Below are positions 1 to 6,274 of a stretch of 16,541 nucleotides of DNA, piece by piece. The notes under the pieces were generated by a model. The model made no database searches. It had not been told where the DNA came from and was given only the letters and a program-made list of their open reading frames with translations. Numbering within the stretch: position 1 is the stretch's first letter; every line of letters begins with the position of its first letter. Source of the DNA: Candidatus Iainarchaeum sp. GTDB lineage: Archaea > Iainarchaeota > Iainarchaeia > Iainarchaeales > 0-14-0-20-34-12. The stretch covers positions 1-16,541 of the forward strand of contig JAUSKK010000012.1 of assembly GCA_030649345.1 (NCBI GenBank), given 5' to 3'. Both the position numbers and the translations under genes were made by a program.

Positions 1-237
1 TTAAAACATATTAGTGAAAGTGCAGAAGCCATTGACTCCAGAAGCTTAGATATGATTACCAGTCTCCAAGTCGGAGAAGCTTTAATGATCGGAGAAGCTG
101 TACGTTTTCCTTTATTTTTTAGAGTCCGAAGAAAAAAATCACCGCAAGGAGACAATGAATTAACTTTAGAAGAGTCTGCGAAACAATTCGAAGAACTCAC
201 CGAAAAAGTAAATCAAGAAACTGAATCTTATCTTTAA
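1..237 (+). CDS. HerA/DUF87-family (COG0433-like) ATPase, C-terminal fragment; 5' end lies outside the window
   Basis: Frame +1 is open from base 1 to the TAA at 235-237. The segment LQVGEALMIGEAVRFPLFFRVRRKK followed by an acidic tail resembles the conserved C-terminal segment of archaeal HerA-type ATPases. Only about 78 aa are visible. Confidence 0.55.
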   Translation, partial: LKHISESAEAIDSRSLDMITSLQVGEALMIGEAVRFPLFFRVRRKKSPQGDNELTLEESAKQFEELTEKVNQETESYL

Positions 238-333
238 CTCTGTTGTTTGCCCTAATTAACTTGTTCTTAACCGGAAACACCGGAAATGCACACCTTCCCA
301 GCCTTTAAAAGCAACTGATTTTATCTAATTTTC

Positions 334-1584
334 ATGGCAACTCCCAACTCTAGCCTATACTGGCTAACCCACTTAGATTATAAACCGCATAAGCAATCCA
401 TGATTGTGGATTTTGAAAATTCTGAAAATAAAATTGTAAAAAAATATGCTTTTTTTCCTTTTTTTGATTTAATTATTTCCAAAGAAAAAATCCAGCCTGT
501 GCTTAAAGATTTATTATCCAGTATTTCCGGAAGCAAATATAGATTAAAATTTGAAGAACATTCTGTAAAAGTCTTAGCCAAAGATTTTAATGAACTTAAA
601 AAACTTCATTCTTTATTGGTCAGTTCTCTTCAAGTGCAACCCATTTTATTGAAACCAGAACAACAATTTTTATGCATGCAAGATTGGAGTTATTTTGATT
701 CCTTTGCATCTGAATTTGATGATTTAATCAAATTGGGATTAACCAGTTTTCCTTCTTTTTTAGACGCAAGTTTAGAATTTGAAAAAGTTTTTTCTTTGCT
801 GGCTCAAAATCATTTGCTTTCAGAAAAATTTTCCGAACATCTTTCTTTGTTTGAAATTTGGGACCAATTTTTGAATATAGTTGAATTCAAATATGCTTTC
901 CATTTTGAATCCATTCCATTTATTATCGTAAATTCCAATGCTTTGCATGCGGTTGAAAAATTTAATTTATCCAAGCAAACTTTGAATTGCCTGTGCTGTA
1001 AACCTAAATCCATTCAAGACATTAATTGTTTGCCGAGTTCTTTAATGGAAGTTGAATTTTTACAAGACGGCTTTTTTTTTGATTCCAATAATCGCGAATT
1101 TGCTTTACAATTTCATTTAAGTCAGCCTAGTTTTTTTTCTAGACTTAAACGCAAAAAAGAATTTGGTTTACTTCAGTATCCCATTGGTCCATTTTATCGA
1201 AATCAAAAAGCAATGATTCCGTTTTCAGATGCTTTGCGCTTAGCTGAAACCCATGAAGTTTCAGTGCATTGGACTCAGTTTCAACCAGTCTGGTTTTGTT
1301 TAATTCAAAAAAGTCCTTTGGTTTTAGGTTTAGAAGACTTATATGCCCGCAATCAATGGTTGACTCAGTCTCTGGAAACTCTTCAAGTTCAAGATTTACA
1401 AAAACAAGGCCTAAAAACTTACTTGAAACAAAATCAACCCATTGCTTTTCAAGGACTTCAAGTCTACAAAGACCTTATTAAACAGCTTTTAGTTGAGTTT
1501 CCAAGTTATTTGAATCATCCGTCCAGTAGTCATTTTTCAACTGATTTATCTCATCAATTGCGGTTTTTAACTAGTTTTGGCTAA
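334..1584 (+). CDS. Hypothetical protein, 416 aa. The N-terminus faintly resembles the N-terminal domain of family B DNA polymerases, but no catalytic motifs are recognisable.
   Basis: Long uninterrupted ORF; the only competitors are short antisense ORFs. A TATA-like TTTAAAA at 304-310 lies about 25 nt upstream of the ATG. The pattern YWLTHLDYKP..MIVDF....FFPFFDLII and a later PEQQFLCMQDW echo the PolB N-terminal pattern (DYI..G.P.IR.F ... F.PYFY ... EaDIpf..RyliD). I see no FDIET-like exonuclease motif or DTD polymerase motif. Confidence 0.6.
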   Translation: MATPNSSLYWLTHLDYKPHKQSMIVDFENSENKIVKKYAFFPFFDLIISKEKIQPVLKDLLSSISGSKYRLKFEEHSVKVLAKDFNELKKLHSLLVSSLQVQPILLKPEQQFLCMQDWSYFDSFASEFDDLIKLGLTSFPSFLDASLEFEKVFSLLAQNHLLSEKFSEHLSLFEIWDQFLNIVEFKYAFHFESIPFIIVNSNALHAVEKFNLSKQTLNCLCCKPKSIQDINCLPSSLMEVEFLQDGFFFDSNNREFALQFHLSQPSFFSRLKRKKEFGLLQYPIGPFYRNQKAMIPFSDALRLAETHEVSVHWTQFQPVWFCLIQKSPLVLGLEDLYARNQWLTQSLETLQVQDLQKQGLKTYLKQNQPIAFQGLQVYKDLIKQLLVEFPSYLNHPSSSHFSTDLSHQLRFLTSFG

Positions 1585-1632
1585 TTTTTTTTCACGGAGT
1601 TGCCTTTTTATTGGTTTTGTTTTATTTACTAG

Positions 1633-1641
1633 TTATATAAA
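1633..1641 (+). promoter_or_regulatory. TATA-box candidate (TTATATAAA) upstream of rpoK
   Basis: This is the only strong TATA-like element in the 1585-1661 spacer. Its centre lies about 25 nt before the GTG start at 1662. A GGTG at 1653-1656 could instead act as a ribosome-binding site. Confidence 0.4.
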
Positions 1642-1661
1642 GCCTGTTTTTAGGTGTATTT

Positions 1662-1868
1662 GTGTTAAAATTAACTCGTTTTGAAAAAGCAAGATTGATC
1701 AGTGCACGTTCGCTGCAATTATCTTTAGGCGCACCTCCGCTGGTTAAACCCAACGATGAATCTACTGCTTATAGTTTAGCGAAAGCAGAATTTGAAGAAA
1801 AATTAATTCCATTAATTGTTTTAAGAAAAATGCCAAACGGAGAAGTTTTAAGAATTCCAGCAAACTAA
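1662..1868 (+). CDS. rpoK: DNA-directed RNA polymerase subunit K (Rpo6)
   Basis: 68-aa ORF with a GTG start. LTRFEKARLISARSLQLSLGAPPLV matches the hallmark Rpo6/RpoK/omega-like motif (LTRFErArilgaRAlQismGAp). Confidence 0.85.
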   Translation: MLKLTRFEKARLISARSLQLSLGAPPLVKPNDESTAYSLAKAEFEEKLIPLIVLRKMPNGEVLRIPAN

Positions 1869-1877
1869 AAAAGGTGA

Positions 1878-2087
1878 ATGATTATGGGCAAAGCAATTCC
1901 AAAATATATTAAAATGAGAGCTAGAAAAATCTTAGAATTGGTTCCAGATAAATTTGGTCAAGATTTTGAAATCAACAAAGCTGAAGTTAAAGCTTTAAAC
2001 TTGCCAATCTCAAAAACTGAACGAAACCTAATTGCAGGTTATTTTGTTCGACTCAAAAAAGCTATTGCTGCTAAAGAAGCGATGTAA
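1878..2087 (+). CDS. rps17e: 30S ribosomal protein eS17 (S17e)
   Basis: MGKAIPKYIKMRARKILE...DFEINK...SKTERNLIAGY follows the eS17 pattern (MG.vr.k.vK..a..i.e.y...DF..NK......SK.lRN.IAGY). AAGGTGA at 1871-1877 favours the ATG at 1884 (MGKA...) over the ATG at 1878. Confidence 0.85.
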   Translation: MIMGKAIPKYIKMRARKILELVPDKFGQDFEINKAEVKALNLPISKTERNLIAGYFVRLKKAIAAKEAM

Positions 2088-2201
2088 ATCCAAACCCTTC
2101 CAGGGTTTCGATGCATCCGGGATGACGGATCTTCATTTCATTCGATCCATCTGTACTAAATTATTTCATCTTTTGCTGAATGGTCTTGACTTTTTTTATT
2201 G

Positions 2202-2228
2202 ATGATTTAAACTTTTTCATTAAATCAT
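2202..2228. terminator. 9-bp hairpin (ATGATTTAA / TTAAATCAT) between the convergent rps17e and dus genes; possible bidirectional terminator
   Basis: Perfect inverted repeat 2202-2210 / 2220-2228 with T-runs on both sides, lying 23 nt beyond the dus stop codon. The function is inferred. Confidence 0.3.
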
Positions 2229-2250
2229 GCGTACTTTTTTGGTTTTACAA

Positions 2251-2943
2251 TCAGTCTATTTTTAGTTCTTTAAAAATTTCAGGATGATGAATGGCAGCTC
2301 TTCCAATCATGGCTCCAAATAATCCTATTTGTTTTAGTTCTAGTATTTGTTTTTGGGTGCGAATATCTCCGTTGGCGACAATCTGTTTTCCAGTATCTAC
2401 ACATTTGGCGTAAACTGAAAAATCTGCGGGATCATCTGAATTTTGTTTAGCTGTTCTGGCGTGTACTGCAAAAAAAGAAGCGTCAATATTTTTAATCATA
2501 TTAAGATAAGTTCCTTTTTCTTTTTCGTAATTGTTTAATCCCAACCGAAGTTTAAGTGAGCACTCAAAACCATGTCGATTGATTACTTTAACAATTTCGT
2601 TAACTCGTGTTACTCGCTTGATCATAGCAGCTCCAATTCCTTGACGTATTAGATCTGGCGAAGGGCAGCCTAAATTTAAATTAAAGCCGCGAAAACCATT
2701 GCTGGGTTTAAAGTTAGCTAAAAATTTTTCGTAATCACTTATCTTAGATCCAGCCAATTGAATTTCTGCAGGTGTAGAATCTGGAATTTCAATTTTTTCC
2801 AATTCTCCTTTTTTTCCTTTAGCTAAGTTTGTAACTCGGACCATTTCCGTAAATGTTAAGTCTGCTCCTTGTTTGTAGCAAAGTGTACGAAATGCACTGT
2901 TGGTTACATCTTCCATAGGGGCAAGCATTATTTGAAATTTCAT
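2251..2943 (-). CDS. dus: tRNA-dihydrouridine synthase (short archaeal Dus family, TIM-barrel flavoenzyme)
   Basis: 230-aa ORF. The N-terminal LAPMEDVTNSAFRTLC...GADL.FTEMV and later NLGCP... are typical Dus-family motifs. Confidence 0.8.
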   Translation of the reverse strand: MKFQIMLAPMEDVTNSAFRTLCYKQGADLTFTEMVRVTNLAKGKKGELEKIEIPDSTPAEIQLAGSKISDYEKFLANFKPSNGFRGFNLNLGCPSPDLIRQGIGAAMIKRVTRVNEIVKVINRHGFECSLKLRLGLNNYEKEKGTYLNMIKNIDASFFAVHARTAKQNSDDPADFSVYAKCVDTGKQIVANGDIRTQKQILELKQIGLFGAMIGRAAIHHPEIFKELKID

Positions 2944-2952
2944 ATTTTTCGC

Positions 2953-3046
2953 CTATATTTTTTGCACTGGTTTCGTTGACCCATGTCAGAACCTTAGGTT
3001 CCGACACCTCCTGAGATCAACTCATATTTTTTGCACTGGCTTTGTT
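2953..3046. repeat. Direct duplication of the rad50 3' terminus (2953-2977 vs 3022-3046, offset 69 nt) bracketing a 44-nt hairpin-containing insert (2978-3021)
   Basis: ATATTTTTTGCACTGG is identical in both copies. Read on the minus strand, both copies encode TKPVQKI plus a stop (TAG distal, TGA proximal). The insert carries the hairpin TGTCAGAACC/GGTTCCGACA (2984-2993 / 2997-3006, one mismatch) and, on the minus strand, GGAGGTG (3005-3011). Confidence 0.8.
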
Positions 3047-5394
3047 ATTCCGTTATTGTCTTTGTCTCGTTCTAAAACATACAATGTTCCAGACGCAGCG
3101 TTTTCCATTTCTTTTTCATGGGTAATCAAAAACACTTGGTCTACCAATTCAGGCAAATGTTCTCGCATCATTAAACTTAATCTTGCAATAATATTGGAAT
3201 CTAAATTATGGGTTGGTTCGTCTAAAATTAACCAGCCTAAATTTCTGGCTAAAACAAACGAGAAAGCTATGCGGGTAATCAATGCCGCAGTACTTTTTTC
3301 GCCTCCGCTTAAAGTTCCTTCAATGGGAATCCATCCCAATCCAGCTTTTTTGACTTTTAAATCATAACTGTTATCTGAAATATCTAATTTAATGTCTGTA
3401 AAATCTTTGTACGGATAGATTCGTTCCCATAAATCTTGCATGGCTTGATTAATGGTTTCAATTAAATACAATCTTAATTCGGCTTGCGTTTGCCCTAAGA
3501 CATTCACGAAAATGCTTAATTGTTCTTGGCTGTGTTTTAATTCGTCGATGTGTTCTTTATATTTTTGAACTTCGTTTTGTTTGTTTTTAGTTTCGTATAT
3601 TTTGGCTTCCATTGTTTGACTGAGTTCTGTTAACATAGCAATTTCTTGTGTTATAAATTTTTCTTCTGCCTTGGTTTGTTCTAAGTGAGTCATACTTTCT
3701 TTGTATTCTTTTTCTGAAAAATTTAATGTATTTATTTTCTTTTGAATTTCCTGCAATACTTTTTCTGCGTTCTCTAATTCAGGTTGTTTTTGTTCCAATT
3801 CCAATGCTTGTTCCAGCTCTTTTAGGGTGTGTTCTTTTTCTTTAATTCTTTGTGCACTAAATTCTGTTGCTAATTTTACCATTATTTGCAGGTGTTCTTT
3901 TTCTTGCTCTTCTAAGACGTGCTGTTCTTTTTTTGATTTTTCCAATAATTCAAAGCTTTTTTCCAGCATTTCCAAGGTGTTGGATTGGTTTGCTTTCTTT
4001 TTTAACTCAATTCGCATTTTTTCAATTTCTTGTTTTTGATTGCGTATTGTTTCTTCCAGTAAAGCTATTTGTTCTTTGCATTGTTTTTTTTCATGAACAA
4101 TTTGTTCCAAGTTTTTGTTGGCATCGTCCATTACTTTTTGCATTTCATTTTGTTCTAGTTTTTTTCTGCACACTGGGCAATGCGCCCCGGCTTTTTTTAA
4201 AGAATTCAGGTTGTCATTTTCTTCGCTTTCTTTTCCTTCCAGTTTTCCAAAATTTTCTCTTCCTTGATTGAGTTCCTGGTGAATGTTTTGCAGGTTTTCA
4301 TCTATTCTTTTTAGGGTTTCTTCACTTTCTTCTATTTGTTTTTTTAGTTCTGTTTGTTTGGTGTACAATTCTTGTGTTGTTTTAATTCCTTGCGGAAGTT
4401 GATCTAAAATGGCGTGAATTTCTTTTTTTAATTTATTTAATCCTGCTTGAATTTGATGCTGTTTTTCTTCCAATACTGCTTTTTGTTTTTCTTGTTCTCG
4501 TATTTGTTTTAACTCTTGTGTGGTTTGTTTGATTTTTTCCTCCAGCTGCATCCGTGTTTCTTTCAGATATTTGCTGGTTTGAATTTCTTTTCGTAAATTT
4601 TCTATTTGAATTTGTGTGTGTGTTAGATTTTTTTGCAAGTTTAAAAATTCGGCTTGTTTTTCTTCCCATTTTCTTTGATTCAATACAAGCTTTTCTAGGT
4701 TGGCTGGAAATTCTTGTTTTTGCAAGTGTTTTTTTTGAATGTGTTCTTTAGTTTGCTGGGCTTTTTTTTCTAAATCCTGCAATTCAAGTACATTGATTTG
4801 TTGTTCCATTGCTTGCGCAAATTGTTCTCGTTCTTCAGCTAAAGTTTTGATTTTATTTTTGACTTTTACGGCTAAGCTTCGTGCAGTTTCGTATTTTTCT
4901 AAATCTAAAATAGAGTCAAATTTTTCTTTTCTTTGAGCTGCCGGCAGCCGCAGAAAATAATCGATATTATTTTGTTCGGAATAAATAGCCCGGGCAAATA
5001 AATCGTAATTAAATTCTAAAATATGCTCTAGTTTTTCAGTGACTTCTTTTACTTTTGGGCCTGCAATCAAGCGGTTGTTTTCAAGTAATTTGGCTTGCGG
5101 TGTTTTGTTTCTGTAAATCGTGCGTTCTAAAGAATACGTGTTTTGATTGTGTTTGAATTCGAGTTCAATTTTTGCATAATCTTGTAAATGCGGAGTATTC
5201 ATAATTAATTGTTCGATTTGAGTTTCTCTTCGTTGGATGGCCGGAAAGGTTCCAAACAAGCCATAACAAATAGCATCCATGACACTGGTTTTTCCTGAAC
5301 CGGAATTTCCAATCAATACATTGGTGCCTTGCGTGAATTCAAATTCTGAATCTTTGTGGGTCCGCCAGTTTTCTAGTTTGATTTTAGACAGCAT
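3022..5394 (-). CDS. rad50: DNA double-strand break repair ATPase Rad50
   Basis: 790 aa. It has an N-terminal Walker A (GNSGSGKTS), a long Glu/Lys/Gln-rich coiled coil with a central CxxC zinc hook (AHCPVCRKKL), a C-terminal ABC signature (LSGGEKS) and a Walker B (LILDEPTHNLD). Confidence 0.93.
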   Translation of the reverse strand: MLSKIKLENWRTHKDSEFEFTQGTNVLIGNSGSGKTSVMDAICYGLFGTFPAIQRRETQIEQLIMNTPHLQDYAKIELEFKHNQNTYSLERTIYRNKTPQAKLLENNRLIAGPKVKEVTEKLEHILEFNYDLFARAIYSEQNNIDYFLRLPAAQRKEKFDSILDLEKYETARSLAVKVKNKIKTLAEEREQFAQAMEQQINVLELQDLEKKAQQTKEHIQKKHLQKQEFPANLEKLVLNQRKWEEKQAEFLNLQKNLTHTQIQIENLRKEIQTSKYLKETRMQLEEKIKQTTQELKQIREQEKQKAVLEEKQHQIQAGLNKLKKEIHAILDQLPQGIKTTQELYTKQTELKKQIEESEETLKRIDENLQNIHQELNQGRENFGKLEGKESEENDNLNSLKKAGAHCPVCRKKLEQNEMQKVMDDANKNLEQIVHEKKQCKEQIALLEETIRNQKQEIEKMRIELKKKANQSNTLEMLEKSFELLEKSKKEQHVLEEQEKEHLQIMVKLATEFSAQRIKEKEHTLKELEQALELEQKQPELENAEKVLQEIQKKINTLNFSEKEYKESMTHLEQTKAEEKFITQEIAMLTELSQTMEAKIYETKNKQNEVQKYKEHIDELKHSQEQLSIFVNVLGQTQAELRLYLIETINQAMQDLWERIYPYKDFTDIKLDISDNSYDLKVKKAGLGWIPIEGTLSGGEKSTAALITRIAFSFVLARNLGWLILDEPTHNLDSNIIARLSLMMREHLPELVDQVFLITHEKEMENAASGTLYVLERDKDNNGITKPVQKI

Positions 5395-5442
5395 ATAGTG
5401 TTTGGGTTAGAAAAAGTGTAAAAACAGGTGCGCGAAATTTGC

Positions 5443-5646
5443 TTAGAGTAGACTCATTCCTTCAACTCGCGTGCGTAAATGAAACTTTGTTTCATTGCGC
5501 ATTAAAACCTTGCGGTTTTAATCGCGGGTTGGTAGCACGTGGTGCAGTTAAAATCAGCAGATTTTAACGCACATTAAAACTAATGAGTTTTAATTGTGCT
5601 TCCACTTCGTTTCAGTACCACTAAATTAGAGTAAACTCATTCCTTC
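5443..5646 (+). mobile_element. Expanded (162-nt core, 5464-5625) member of the GC-rich hairpin element family, flanked by a 21-24 nt duplication of the ef1b 3' end (5443-5463 vs 5626-5646)
   Basis: It contains the shared 19-mer GGTTGGTAGCACGTGGTGC at 5527-5545. The outer stem is CAACTCGCG (5463-5471) / CGCGGGTTG (5523-5531). The second stem is GTGGTGC (5539-5545) / GTACCAC (5615-5621). Four nested AT-rich hairpins lie at 5478-5496, 5501-5522, 5547-5568 and 5573-5594. The distal repeat encodes VEGMSLL plus TAA, against the real C-terminus IEGMSLL plus TAA. Confidence 0.6.
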
Positions 5647-5889
5647 GATTTCTACGTCAGCTATTCCTTTGATTTTGCGAAGTTCTGTGGCTAGAGTTTC
5701 AGCTAAACCTTCGTTTCCTTCAGGGACAATAACTCCCAAGCGAATAGCTACTAATCCAAAAGCCATGGGTTCAAATTTTAGGTCCATAAGTTGTCCGATT
5801 TTAATTTTTCGGATTTCAGTTTCAAGTGCTTTTTCAATCCCGGGTTCTTCGGGTGAAACTTTTAAAATAACAAAAGTATCTGCTGGCAT
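5626..5889 (-). CDS. ef1b: Translation elongation factor aEF-1 beta
   Basis: 87 aa, the typical size. EPMAFGLVAIRL and a C-terminal ...VEIEGMSLL match the aEF-1beta family pattern. It lies immediately downstream of a small Zn-ribbon gene, as is common in archaea. Confidence 0.85.
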   Translation of the reverse strand: MPADTFVILKVSPEEPGIEKALETEIRKIKIGQLMDLKFEPMAFGLVAIRLGVIVPEGNEGLAETLATELRKIKGIADVEIEGMSLL

Positions 5890-5904
5890 AAGCTTATTCC
5901 TGTT

Positions 5905-6066
5905 TTAGGGTCCCTTAAAGCCACAGTCTGAACAAGTGTATGGTGTGCTTTTGTTTTCGCAGTCCATACAGCGTAAAATTCGTGTTTTAAGACAAGCAGG
6001 GCACTTAAATTCAATGTAGTCTCGGATTATTTCTCGATTGCATGTTTGACACTTTTTAATTACCAT
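5905..6066 (-). CDS. Small zinc-ribbon protein (COG2888-like predicted RNA-binding Zn-ribbon protein usually linked to ef1b)
   Basis: The 53-aa product MVIKKCQTCNREI...FKCPAC...RCMDCENK...YTCSDCGF has four CxxC pairs. I trimmed the 101-aa track ORF to the ATG at 6064-6066 because the longer version runs into the tRNA gene. AGGTGG lies 8 nt upstream of this ATG. Confidence 0.7.
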   Translation of the reverse strand: MVIKKCQTCNREIIRDYIEFKCPACLKTRILRCMDCENKSTPYTCSDCGFKGP

Positions 6067-6129
6067 TAAAAACCACCTAAATATCTTCTTTAAAAAAAGA
6101 ATTGAATAACTATTAATTAATGAGAATGA

Positions 6130-6137
6130 TTTAAAAA
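6130..6137 (+). promoter_or_regulatory. TATA-box candidate (TTTAAAAA) for the tRNA-Arg gene
   Basis: It lies 23-30 nt upstream of tRNA position 1 (6160), the canonical archaeal TATA-to-start spacing. Confidence 0.45.
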
Positions 6138-6159
6138 GATAAGTTAAATCAGTCTCTTT

Positions 6160-6269
6160 GGGCCAGTGGCGCAACCTGGACAGCGCGTTCGGCTTCGGAA
6201 CGATTTTCATTTTATGTGAAATCGTGTGCAGTTACCGAAAGGTTGTGGGTTCGAATCCTGCCTGGCCCG
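6160..6269 (+). tRNA. tRNA-Arg: tRNA-Arg (anticodon UCG) with a 35-nt intron after position 37; no encoded CCA
   Basis: I folded it by hand. Acceptor stem GGGCCAG/CTGGCCC; D arm GCGC-AACCTGGACA-GCGC; anticodon stem TTCGG (6188-6192) / CCGAA (6235-6239); loop CT-TCG-G...A. The variable region is AGGTT, the T arm is GTGGG-TTCGAAT-CCTGC and the discriminator is G. The 3' end is followed by CTCC, so CCA must be added enzymatically. Confidence 0.8.
6199..6233 (+). other. tRNA intron at the canonical 37/38 position (boundaries ambiguous by 1 nt)
   Basis: 35 nt interrupt the anticodon loop. There is an internal hairpin CGATTTTCA / TGAAATCG. I could not confidently draw a bulge-helix-bulge motif by eye. 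Confidence 0.6.
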
Positions 6270-6274
6270 CTCCC

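Noticed and set aside
216-330. Possible degenerate ghost of the HerA 3' end (ACTGAATCTTATCTTTAA at 220-237 vs ACTGATTTTATCTAA at 314-328), bracketing 238-313 with a CCGGAAA tandem
   Set aside because: Only 5+6 matching nt with an indel, in AT-rich sequence. The intervening DNA has no hairpins and no family termini. This is not distinguishable from chance. The CCGGAA(A/C)ATGCA similarity to 7835-7846 is likewise too short to call.
2119-2180. Possible C/D-box sRNA (GGGATGA at about 2129-2136, CTGA at about 2176-2179)
   Set aside because: The C box deviates from RUGAUGA. There are no recognisable internal D' or C' boxes at the expected spacing, and no terminal stem.
2161-2220. 19-codon Lys-rich mini-ORF on the minus strand (MKKFKSSIKKVKTIQQKMK)
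   Set aside because: It is too short. It overlaps the spacer hairpin, resembles no small ribosomal protein that I recognise, and is the kind of ORF expected by chance in A-rich sequence.
2819-3007. 62-aa minus-strand ORF starting at a GTG just after the GGAGGTG in the rad50-dus insert
   Set aside because: It overlaps the dus start out of frame and reads through the ghost repeat in a non-rad50 frame. Its composition is not protein-like. The apparent RBS plus GTG is probably coincidental to the insert sequence.
3056-4936. Six plus-strand ORFs (3056-3367, 3827-4039, 3867-4271, 4554-4751, 4739-4936) and one minus-strand ORF (4433-4669) inside rad50
   Set aside because: They lie antisense to, or out of frame with, a very well supported rad50 CDS. 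Their products are low-complexity Phe/Leu/Cys-rich or Lys/Arg/Thr-rich strings, which is what the complement or frameshift of a Glu/Lys/Gln coiled-coil gene produces. They are shadow ORFs.
5501-5594. The three similar TTAAAAY-N4-RTTTTAA hairpins as a mini CRISPR array
   Set aside because: The units are about 22 nt and individually palindromic. They are separated by 2-24 nt rather than by spacers of uniform 30-40 nt. They also sit inside a larger conserved fold.
5905-6210. 101-aa version of the Zn-ribbon ORF
   Set aside because: The N-terminal 48 codons overlap the tRNA-Arg gene and its promoter on the opposite strand. The internal ATG at 6066 is preceded by AGGTGG and gives the compact four-CxxC protein typical of the family.
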